From the NCBI GenBank assembly GCA_050575255.1, contig JBNZDD010013670.1, forward strand, positions 310,001 to 374,000: a stretch of 64,000 nucleotides of DNA. Reading direction: 5' to 3'. This document shows, piece after piece, positions 45,778 to 57,700 of the stretch. The notes under the pieces are model-generated. The model was not told the DNA's origin and ran no database searches. It saw nothing but the letters and a program-made list of their open reading frames with translations. The position numbers and the translations under genes were made by a program. The stretch is from Harriotta raleighana. Its lineage: Eukaryota. How positions within the stretch are numbered: position 1 is the first letter of the stretch; every line of letters starts with the position of its first letter.

Positions 45778-48700
45778 GTACATTCTATAATCGTAGAAAT
45801 AGCCCTTATACCACAATGTTGCATTTAATCTAATCCATAATAATTATCAGCATATGGGGTGGAACATGGAATTATAAAGATTTTCATAGAATTTTACAGC
45901 ACAAAATGAGGCCATTTGGCCCATCGAGTCTGTGCAGCAACTCAATCCCACTGCTCATCGTTTCTCCCCATAACCTCGCAAACCCGTCCTCCCCAAATAA
46001 ATATCTACCTCTCTTTTTAAAAAGAGATATCAAAACATTTTCGAAAAGGAACTGGAAAATTTCTGAAATTAAAAGGATTCAGGATTATATGATGTCAAAT
46101 AAATCCCGTTGGTCAGGTTGCCTGGAGGGAGTAATGGTCTGCTTTTGTCTGAAACATACAGTAGAGCCCAATAGCATGATGGTTGGTGGGCATAAAATCC
46201 CAACTTGTGTTATAATGGTGGTATCATTCTCTTGTGCATGTGTACAGAAAACCTCAAAATGCCAGCTTGCTTTTCAGATGCTAAAAGTGGCTGACTTCTG
46301 AATCGTCAGTTTGCTGCAGGAAATTGGGTTTTTCATATTTACAGTATTAATAATTTGCTGATTGTTTTATGTCCTTGGAAGAGAACTTCTTGTGTTCGGA
46401 ATAGAACACATACTTCCAGGAAGAGTGCATATCCCATTGCAGACATAGGTATTTCTATCTGTACGTGGCATGCATGGAACTCTGGTTCGGATAGTCTTAA
46501 ACATGGTGATGGGTTTCCGCATCTGTGAGACACCCAGCAGGCAAAAAAAAGATAGTGAACTGTTCTCAAATATCAGACATTATACCTGTCATACTGGCAC
46601 TAGAATTACAATCAAGTTCATAATTGTATCAGAACAATATCACAAATGTACTTCAAATCAAAATTAATTATTGACCTTTATACATTTGGTTCTTTTCAGT
46701 AACAACTGAGCGACCTGTCCAAGTCAATGTCATAAAAGTGAAGAAATCTGATAAGGGAGACTTCTACAAACGCCAGACAGCGTGGGTACTGCGAGACCTG
46801 ACTGTAGTCGATGCCAAAGATGCGAATAAGGTGAGATATGAGATAATTTAAATCCCAAGTAAAGACAACAACAACAAAATTACATTTGTATAGACAAAAT
46901 GCAAAATACTACATTTGTGTAGCTCCTTTCAATTTGGGAGGACGTCCCAAGGTCCTGGAGACTTGTGCTGTATTAAATTACTGTGAATAGTAATTTATCG
47001 GCAAATGATTCCCTGATGGGTATCCAACCTTGCTCGAACCCAGTGCTTTAACCGCTGAGCTACAAGTGATGTTTTGATGTTGCTGATTAATAAAACTCAG
47101 TGTGACCAAGCAACTTCTGGTGAATTTATTAGACTTAACAAGTTCGTAGTCATGTTGATATATGAGCTGTTTTGTTTTGGAGTGCGTACGGAGTCCTGTA
47201 GTTCATTGGTTAGAGGAATCGCCTTGTGAGCGGGATACTTGGGTTCCAGGGCAGGGCATAATGTTGGGCAAGTTTCTTTACTCCACATTCCTCTGTTTTC
47301 TTAGCAATAAATAGGATCCTGGTTGTCAGTCGATTGGCAGATTGTTTTTTCAGGGGTAGTGTAGTTATTCCTTCAAATAATAATAAATAATTGCTCACTC
47401 AAACTATGACTGTTTGTGGGACAGTTTGTGTGCAATTGACTTCTGTGATTCGGCCACAAAAATATACCATTAATTTGCTTTACAGAATATTCTGTTAAGC
47501 ACTTTGAGATGTCTAGAAGACATGAAAAGCGCTAAATAAAATGCAAGGCTTATTATTATTAGCAAATAGCAGTGATATAACATTATAATTTTAAATGGGT
47601 TTGTTTTGCAATCTAGGCTACTCTTGACGATTGTGGTTACCAGCCAGCAAGGAATCAGCAGTGCTTTCTATCATTTTGAATGCACTAGTGAATCAGACAG
47701 AGGCACATTTAAAATACAACTCAAGTGCAGTTATGTTCATCATCAACTTGGATGCTCCAATATTCCATTGTGATGCTTCTGGCTGACCATATTCTTGTCT
47801 CCCATACTACAGGAGAATCCAGAGTTTGACTTGCATTTTGAAAAAGTTTACAAATGGGTTGCCAGCAGCACGGCAGAAAAAAATTCTTTCATCACCTGTA
47901 TTTGGAAACTTAATCAACGATACCTTCGAAAGAAGATTGAATTTGTCAATGTTAGCTCACAATTATTGGAAGGTAAGTCATGATATGGATGTGAAAAATC
48001 TCAGTGGAGAATTTGAACACATTACTTAATGTAACCCATAACAAAAAAAATCCTTGTATTGTTTTGAGTACAGTGATGACTGAATCATTGAGCACTATTC
48101 AACTATTGGTTTCTGTGCAGTTATTTTCTTACACTCATGTTAGGGTAATGCAAATTAGCTGCTGAAATTGGAGGTTATAAAATACTGTAGTAGATTGAGC
48201 TTCTCTCCAGGCTTGGGAGATAAATTGTGTCTGGGATACTGGTGATTTCTACAAAACAATTCTGCTTCTGGTCAAGTTTTCCATTAATATATTCTTGTGG
48301 TTATTTAGAAAAAGGAAAACGTATCCATTGAATGTAAAAGAACACATTGTGCTAAAAGATGGTATTTGGTGTATTGAATCTTCTTATTTCTGAGCCATCA
48401 AATTGATGCCTCTTTATGGTNCTCAGTTCATTGTGCTAAAAGATGGTATTTGGTGTATTGAATCTTCTTATTTCTGAGCCATCAAATTGATGCCTCTTTA
48501 TGGTATTCTTAAATTGCTTTTACCCATTTTTGTCTTCTAAGTCTGTCTTTTTTAGTAAAATTGAGGCAGAATTATTTTAATGTTTCTACTGCTTTGCCTG
48601 AAGCCCCAGTGTTAATCAGTGGATGTGAGATATCAGTGTATTATGGAACCTTTTAAAAATTTAGACCGCTATATTACTGTCTGTTGCTGTGATTCCTTGC

Positions 48701-51700
48701 TTATCTTCCTTTAACCCACTTTCTCCATTCTTTCTTTGCAAAGAACTTCCTAAAGTTACAGAAGGTTGGTAATATTTTCTTACTTTTTTCTTCCTAATGC
48801 ATTTCTGCTGTTTGTGTGCGTTCTTGTTGAGTGCAGCACAGGGGTTCAAATAACATTTAAGAATATTTTCTGGGAAATCTTACATCCCATTGCTTTCCCT
48901 TCTTTCCCCTTTTCTGAGCCTCCTCTATGAGACAGTCTTGAATAAAGTATCAAGCTTATACGGGTTAGGATATTAGCTTTTGAGTTTTCTACTCTTGATG
49001 TGTTTCTTTAAGTAGGGCTTCATACTTTCCAGAATTAGTTAAGCATGAAACATAATAATAATCCTTGCATTTTGATATTGCGCTTTTTATGTCTTCTAGA
49101 CATCTCAAAGCGCTTCACAGAATATACTGTAAAGTGAATTGACTATATTGGTGGGTGAAACGCGGCAGCCAATTGCAAACAGCAGTGTCCCACAAACAGT
49201 TGTGGATTGAAATGACCAATTTATTATGTTTTTTTTTGAACAGATTATTATTAGGCGTGGGGAGTAAGGAAACTTGCCCAAGTTTTCGCCCTGATCTGCC
49301 TGCATTCGAAACATAGGTCTCATGCTTGTAAGGCAATTGCTCTAACCACTGAGCTACAGGACTCCACATCCCTCCTGACAGAGTATGCATTCCATTCCAA
49401 TAATACATCTGGAATGTCCATGTATATGTGGGATGCATGGAAATCTCGTCTTGTTTTGGCTACTGTGATGTATTTAAGCACAGTGATGGGCTTCCAGTCC
49501 CCCAGCTTGACCAAAACAAAAATGATCTTTTCCTTCATCACCCCGCCCCTTCACTGCAACCCATTCATCATTTTAAAAGTCAGCATTTAAGTTGCTTGTT
49601 ATGTGAAGCAGATGCATTTCACAGATTAAAGGTGGTCTCTTAAAGTAGGATCTTCATATTTTCTGAGGTTTTGCTATTCCAATTAAAATTGAATACCAAT
49701 TGCAATCCTGGGTCCCATTGCTTACTAAAGAGATCACTTTTGCTGACTTCACAGGCGTGCATCAACCTCTGCCACACACCATTACTGTTTAGAGTTGCGC
49801 GTTTGATTTATAACTTAACATTATGTTTTGATAGTCAGAAACTGCATGTTGACAATTTAACATGGACCACACAAACGACTTGTGCTAATATTTGCAGCTC
49901 GTTTCACAATTTTGGGAAGCCAAATCTGTGATGATTTTATGCTATCTGTTTGGTTCAAACTTTGTAGCCACCTGAACTGGTCAGGTACACATAAAATACA
50001 TTTTTCTGCAAAGGTAAAATATGCATAGGATTTACCCATGTTATTTTCATTCATTGATAGGAATTGCCCATGTTATTTTCGCACTTAGGAATTACTCATA
50101 TCATTGACTGGCTTTTGCTAATGTGGTAAAGTTTTGAAAGTTCAGAAGTGTATTTAAAACAATCCTTACGCTTCATCATTTTTCGGAGCAGTTTTTCTGA
50201 ACTTATGAAAATTGAAGTGCTGGTAATTAGAAATTCTCTTGTTCGAAATATACATGTAGTTTCAGTAACTGCAATGTAAAATAAAATCACCAACTATTCA
50301 CAAAATTATTTAAATGTCATGCAAAAATGAAACAACTTCCTTAATTTTTTCTAGATATATTTTTGTGATTGAAAATCATCTTAGCCACAGAAATGGCTTT
50401 AAGGTATACAATTCATAACTTTGTGCTGAAGATTTGTTTTAAAATTGCTACTTTAAGTTGTGGTCTTCATCCACCCTTACTGTTTCCCAAAGCCTTCTAT
50501 TCTCCGTTCCCTCTTGAAGTCTAGCTTCCTCTTGAATGCATTCAAACACCATTTCAGTCAGTGGGTTCCACAATCTCACTAGCCTCGGGGTGAAGTGTGG
50601 ACTTGGGACGTCCTCCCGACATGAAAGGTGCTATAAAAATGTAATTTTGTTGTTGTTGTTGAAGTAGTTCCTCTTAAATTCTCATTGGTTGATATCAGAA
50701 CTCTTTAGCCAGCGGAAAATGTTTATTTGGTACCCAAATATCCACAATAGAATCCTGTCAGTTTGATACTTATTTTCCAATTTGTAAGAAGTTGAGACCT
50801 TGCACTTATTTGAACCCCTGAGTACAGTGTGAATAAATGATGTTAATTGCTTTTAGTTTTTGCAATTATATTTAGGGCTTCTTGAAATGTTGCACAAACC
50901 AAGATACTAATAAAACTAGTTTTGTTGTTAACCCATTGAACACTTAATGCTCTTTTAAAATGCACACACATTTCTTCTTGTGTAATGTGCATGAGTATTT
51001 TTTATATAGTAGAATTGTAGCAATATGTGGTACACTGCAACAGTAATTAACAAGATTCCTGAAATAAATAAACTGCATTTTAGTGAGACAAATAATGACT
51101 GGTTTTCTGTGGCTCATTGTTGAATGGTTTTAAAGTGAGCAATAATTAAGTGGACCTGAGTATTTTATCCTGCTGATTGAAGGAGTGCTAAAAATAATAA
51201 TAATCCTAGGATTTTTATATATCATGTCTTTGAGTCTTCTCAAAGTGCTTCATAGAATATACTGTAACGTGAATTGACTATTATGTGGGTGAACAAATAA
51301 ATAAATTACATGGGAGCGGGGAGAATGTTTGTTTGTACATTAACTCATCCTGTAAACAACTTTGGGGATTTAAAAAAGGATCTACTATATGTGCAAAGAG
51401 AGGATTTTTTTTCAACACTATTTTAAACCTTGGTAGTTTACACTTATTTGTGCAAATTATCAAAGAAAAGAGATTTTGGAATACTTTGTTATACTACATT
51501 TTAAGTATAAAATTCAGGCCTAAAGTACAGGTTCTCTCCCACCAGATGCTAAAGAGAAGTAGTTAGACTCCTATTTTCCATTCTCATCTACATCCGGAAA
51601 CCAGTGTGGTTTCTTCTTTTCTTAGTAAGAAAGAGAAGTCAGTAATTCCAATTATGGCACAGTCATCTCTTTTTTGGAACATGGTCAAATTACTGCACAG

Positions 51701-54700
51701 TATGAGCATAGAAGTCAATGTTCAAAAACAGGAAGTTAATTGTTGCTTTCAATTTAATAATATTAGATGATAGCATTTACAATCCTAAACCAACAAAGTC
51801 AAACAAATTGCTATTCAGCAAAATCCAGGTAGGGAATGACTGGGTTTTACTTGTTGCCCTTTTCTCATTACAGTATTTGACGGTTTACGTTCATGTGTTC
51901 GCTGAAATTTACAACTAGCAACTTTTATCTTGAGAATATTGCATTTTAGATCCCGCTGTCAATTCAATTTGGTTTCAAAGTTACCAAATAAAATCAGTAA
52001 TTATATAATTTGCATCTTTTGTATCAGTACACAATCTTTAAATGTGCTGTATTCTAATGTTTGATTAATTGAAATTGTTTTAACTATTTTCCTAAAGAAT
52101 CTGTTCCAAGTGGTGAAAATCAGAGTGTGGCTGGTGGGGATGAGGAATCCTTGGACGAATATCAGGAGCTGAATGCAAAAGAAGAACAAGACATAGAGAT
52201 AATGATGGATGGGTGTGAATATGCCATCTCGAATGCTGAAGCCTTCGCAGAAAAACTTTCTAGCGAACTACAGGTGTTGGATGGAGTGAGTATTAGAATG
52301 TGAAGATAAGTTATTCCAATGTTATGTTAGATGAGACAATTTTGCTTATGGTTTGTTTGAAATCTGAAGATCACAATGTGTTCTGCAGTAATCTTTGTCC
52401 ATGTATTCCCTTCGAAAGCTAAGGCGTTTTGGTATGGAGGAGGCACAGCATTAGTGGAAGTGGGATATAGGTACAGTAATTGTATATTTTGTTGCTCTTG
52501 CTCACCTCCTTAGATTGCTTTACAGAACAGTACTGGTAGTTACCTCAAAGCTAGTTGTCTGCCTGTGATCACAATAATGTACCTGCAGTAAGTGCTGGCC
52601 CTCAAAATTGATTGACCAAGAAACTAAAACTTTTTCAATGGTTAAGTACCATCTTCTATATTAATTCTTGAAGTTGCCTTATTTCTGAAGTATCACACCA
52701 CCCCTTAGATTAACTTTATAAACTCCTGACCTCTGGTTCTTCACCTTTTACCTTTAGGCTAATATCCAGTCAATCATGGCTTCAGAAAAGCAGGTGAATA
52801 TTCTGATGCAGTTGCTGGACGAGGCACTTAAAGAGGTGGATCAGATTGAACATAAACTGAGCAGCTATGAAGAGATGCTGCAGAGCGTAAAAGAGCAAAT
52901 GGACCATATCTCACAGAGCAACGACCTGATCCAGCTCAGTAACACTAACAACTTGAAGCTCCTGGAAGAGATAGAATTTCTGGTGGTAAGTGAACTAACT
53001 CTCCTTTTTGTTTTTCCCAATTTATTTTTCCTTCAATTCTGCACATTTGAAATACTATAGCAGTGGTTTATTATCCTGAAATGCTTTGATGCCCTAGTCT
53101 TCAACAACACAACTCAACACAACTGTATTGATCAATACAAAAGGACATAGTGAGTTTGAACTTTTTAACTTTTAATGAACTAAGAGTTCATTAAAACCAA
53201 TTTTTCAACAGACTAATCTTTATATCTTTTTGATACTGATACTTTTTGTGGAGCTCCTGTGGCTAAGTGGTTAGAGCACTCGCCTTACAAGCCTGAGACC
53301 TGTGTTTGAATCCAGGCAGAGCAAGGCGAAACCTTGGGCAAGTTTCCTTACTCCACATGCCTAATAATAATCCCTCCAAAAAAAAACACAATAATAAAAT
53401 TGGTCATTTCAATCCATGACTGTTTGTGGGACACTGCTGTGCGCAATTAGCTGCTGCGTTCCGCCCACAAATATACAGTCAATTCACTTTACAGTATATT
53501 CTGTGAAGCGCTTTGGGACGTCGATAAAACGTGAAAAACACTATATCAAATGCAAGGATTATTATTACTGTAAATTGGTGATTGAACAGGGTGAATAAAT
53601 TTCAGTATGTATAGTCTACATTGTTTACTAACATGATTAATTTGTGTGGCCTTTTGTACTGTGTACTTTGTTTGCAAAAAGTTTTAAAAAGCTGCATCTA
53701 TTCTTGTCTTCCTACTGATTTTACACTTGGAGAATGTAACACATCAGATTGGAATTGCCTCTTGAATTCAAATCTGCTTCTTTTTAATCCTGTTTTTGGT
53801 CAGAGTAGCCCATCAATACTATGTTGTTGCTGTTCTCGTTCACTTCACGTGCAACTAAACTAATCAAGAGACACCTCCTTGGACAAAGGCCAATCTCTTA
53901 GGAATAGATAGAAGAAACAGATTTTGAGAAGCGTAGTTTGAGCAGAAAGAGTGAAGGAAACTGAGTTTGAAGCAATAAGTTACTACTAAATGTAAGTCTA
54001 AACATTAAAAAAAGTTGTGAACAATTGTTTAGTCCCTTGGAACATCCTCCTGACGTGAAAGCCGCTATATAAATGTAATTTTGTTGTTGTTGTTAACTAT
54101 TTCTCTGCACATATTTTAAATACTTTTTCAAACCTCAAAATATAAATGCTGTCTTATTTAGACTCCACTATTTGCAATAGGATATAATGTGTAGAATTTT
54201 CTCTTTGCAGAATCATTTGGATCTATCCAAGGGCCACATTAAAGCTCTTACAGATGGGGATCTTTCTTCTTCTAAAGGCATTGAAGCATGCACAAATGCT
54301 GCAGAAGCCCTCTTGCAGTGCATGAATATAGCCCTTCGCCCAGGTATTGTAACTATAGTTGTATAAGTGGATGCCTAGTATCATTACAACTGGAGATCAA
54401 ATAATTTACCTTATCTATTCAATGCAATATTATTCTATTTCAAGAAAAAACTCAGAACTCCAGACTGGAAAATTATGCTCCTAATCACTAATTTTCTTGG
54501 AATGATGGTTGTTTCCAAATCTCTGCGTCAATCCTGAGGCCTTGTAAAGTGAGCTACAGATAAATTTTTAGGTCATTTTTGGATTAATGTTAGTCCAAAC
54601 CGTAATAAACCTAGTCTAGTAATTTGGACGAATCGCAAACCCGGCTGACAAAAAAATAGATTGTGCAAAAATCTGCAACGTAGTACTGATAGTGGATAGA

Positions 54701-57700
54701 GCAGGATTTCTGCCCTCTGCTGGAATAGTCAAGCATCCTTTTTTAGTATAATTCTTCTTTTGTGTGGTTGACTAATGTGGGCAATGTGTAGGCATTTTAG
54801 ATACAGTCGTTGGCTTTCATGTGCAAAAAGACAGTGGTTTTCTAAAGGATAACTTGCATCAGATTACAACAGTTTGATTCAGTCTGAGAGCCTTGGCAGG
54901 CCTGGTAGCTGTTTCTTTCCATCTGCCAAATTAGCCGCGCATGTCACTTTGGGCATTGAGATACCATCACTATGGGGACAAACTAAATCAAAAATAAAGG
55001 CCATTATAAAACATACAGTAAAACTCTGTTTATCCGGCATCCACGGGATCTGGCCAGTGGCGGTTAAACGCTTTTCTGGTTAACGGATTAAAAATTATTT
55101 TAAAAAAATTATTTTAACATAGTAATAACAGATTACCAGCTCCCACCCTGTGCAAACACAGAAAGCTGCCGTCCACACACCACTAACCCTCAGTAAAGGG
55201 AAGATTACTGTTAAGCCTTCTTGCAAGGTATTTTGAATTGATTGAATAGGCTGGACTTGCAGAGAGAGTGAGAGTACACACACATACATACACATAAATG
55301 TTGAACAATACTATATAATTGATAGACTAAATACACTAATAACAGAATATTGTATTAGTACTTTATTATTTATACTTAACTTCTACAATAGCTGCCAAAG
55401 GAGGAAACAAAAATCGGGAAAATGGCATATTTTTAAAAAACGGTAGTATCGCGAGATTTAAAAAAAAGTCAGTAGCCCGACTTTAGGCTCAACTAGCAGC
55501 CGCCGATATAACTGCATCAGTACTCACGTGAGACAATCCATTCATTAAATACGTCTTTACTATTCTGCTGGATAACTTCCAGTTCATTGAATCGGGACTT
55601 TTTTTTTGAGATGGCGGTTGAACGGGTTTTCCGATTATTCGAGTCATGGATAAACAAGGTTTATTGTAATTGTTTTCAGTTTCTAGCTCCTATGAATTAA
55701 ACACAATCTCTGTAAGTGTAACCATTTACTAAGAATATCAAGGAGAGAATCCTTTTGCACAGTAAGATGGTGGATATTGTTCATGCGTTCTGAGCAAAAA
55801 GAACAACAAAGTGGAATCACTATTTGTCTTTCAATTTTAGGACATGACCATCTTCATTCAGTGCAGCAGCAGCAACAGCAGTTTAAAGAGCTGCGTGAGC
55901 AGTTTGCTCGTAGACTTGCCAACCATCTTAACAATGTCTTCGTCCAGCAGGTACACTAAATAATTCATTTTTATGAAATTGCAGAGTAAACTCTGGTTGA
56001 TTCCAATGGCAATCACTTATGTTGGGACAATCTTACAAAAAAAACTATTGTATCCCATCTTACATAATATGTGTTTTGACCTTCCTTTCATCTCATCAAT
56101 ATTTTAAATCCTTAGATATACTTTCACATCCTTAGCCAAATAGGGTTTTTTAAAGAATATACTCATCTTTTATAATTGATGAACTGAATACAGGCAGTCC
56201 TCAAGTTACGTCAGGGTTAGGTTCCTAAGATTTGGTGTAAGTCGAATTTGTGTGTAAGTCGAGTCACCCCCCTATAATGCTTACAGTAACATACAGTGAT
56301 TGGTTGTAGTGTATAGTGAGCTGCCCTCTCTCCCCTGCCCCCCTCCTAATATGTACAGTACTGTAAATAAAATAAAATATTACTATACTTACATGGCTTC
56401 ATTGTGAGTCTAGCACTCGATGTAGCGCAACACAGGAGATCACACGCGACGTAGCGCAACACAGGAGATCACTCGCGACGTAGCGCAACACAGGAGATCA
56501 CACGCGATGTAGCGCAACGCAGATCACATGTGACGTAGCGCAACGCAGATCACGCGTGATGTAGCGCAGTCTAAAGGCGGGAGAGTACTGTCCCGCCGAG
56601 CTCACAGCCTCACACAGTACCTGTACAGTACACACTCGCGTCTCGCCTCCATCCTGTTCCTGAACGCGTATCGTGGTCCCGTAAGTGTTGAGAGCGGCGA
56701 CTCCAGTTTTCTATCGCGCGTGGGGCAACTAAAGTATTTACATAGTAGTGTCGTAACTTCGAGAACTTGGATGTAACTCGGACGTAATTTTATTGATTTT
56801 AAGTGTCGTTACTTCGAATTGTCGTACCTCGAAACGTCGTAACTAGAGGACTGCCTGTATTACTGATATGGTGGAAATAAGAACAATTGACAAAATAATC
56901 TTTTGCGGGAATCTGCTCTTGCATTAAAAGTCAACCTTGCAGTAGCCACTTTGAAGTGATGCTTTGAGTCAGACTGACTGGAAATGAAAGCATGATACAG
57001 TCCTGCAATCTCACAATGGAAAACTACAGTATTGTTCACGATTAAAATAAACAATCACTATACTTTACAGTGTGTCCCGTGAAGTGCTTTAAGATGTCCT
57101 TTTGATGCAGAAGGCGCTATGTCAATGCAAGGGTTATTATATTAAATCAAATGATCATCCCTCAGTATGGTTGTAAAGAAAGCTTTATAAAAAAACATTC
57201 TGTTTGCATTTGATATAGTACCTTCATGTTGGAAGAATGTCTTAAAGTGCTTCACAGGATTTACAGTAAAGCGTAATGACTGTATTTTGTAGGTTAGAAG
57301 CCGAATGGCAAAATGCTTTGCACATAGATTCCAGAAGGCATTGAGCTGGTATAACAAATCTGTACGTTCTTCATTACTTTAACCCATTTGAGACTAGTTT
57401 GAAGTTTCATGTTCTCCAAACTAATCTGCAAGGACCTCTAGATCCTTTGATTATGTTCATTTTCTTGTTTGTTTCAAGCCAGTTATTCAAGCTCTGCCCT
57501 TGTCCTTATATCAATACTGATCATTTTATATTGTTCATCTTTCTCTTTGTTCTGTGCTATACTTTTCATGTTTTTGTTCTTAATCAGTTCACTCAGAATC
57601 TCACCCTGTACTATCGTAGAGCCTCCTACTACTCAGTTTCTGTGAGTACACTAAGCATGGATCATACTTCAGACCTTGCTAATTGTCAGGCTTTTAAAAA

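Noticed and set aside
48346-48504. 75-bp direct repeat around the single N at 48421
   Set aside because: Same contig-overlap artefact pattern.
53250-53325. tRNA-Val-like sequence (also 42606, 23728, 49367)
   Set aside because: These are SINE heads: no intact cloverleaf, and each is followed by the SINE body and tail.
56422-56568. Regularly spaced repeats resembling a CRISPR array
   Set aside because: The units are contiguous with no unique spacers, lie inside a eukaryotic MITE, and there are no cas genes.
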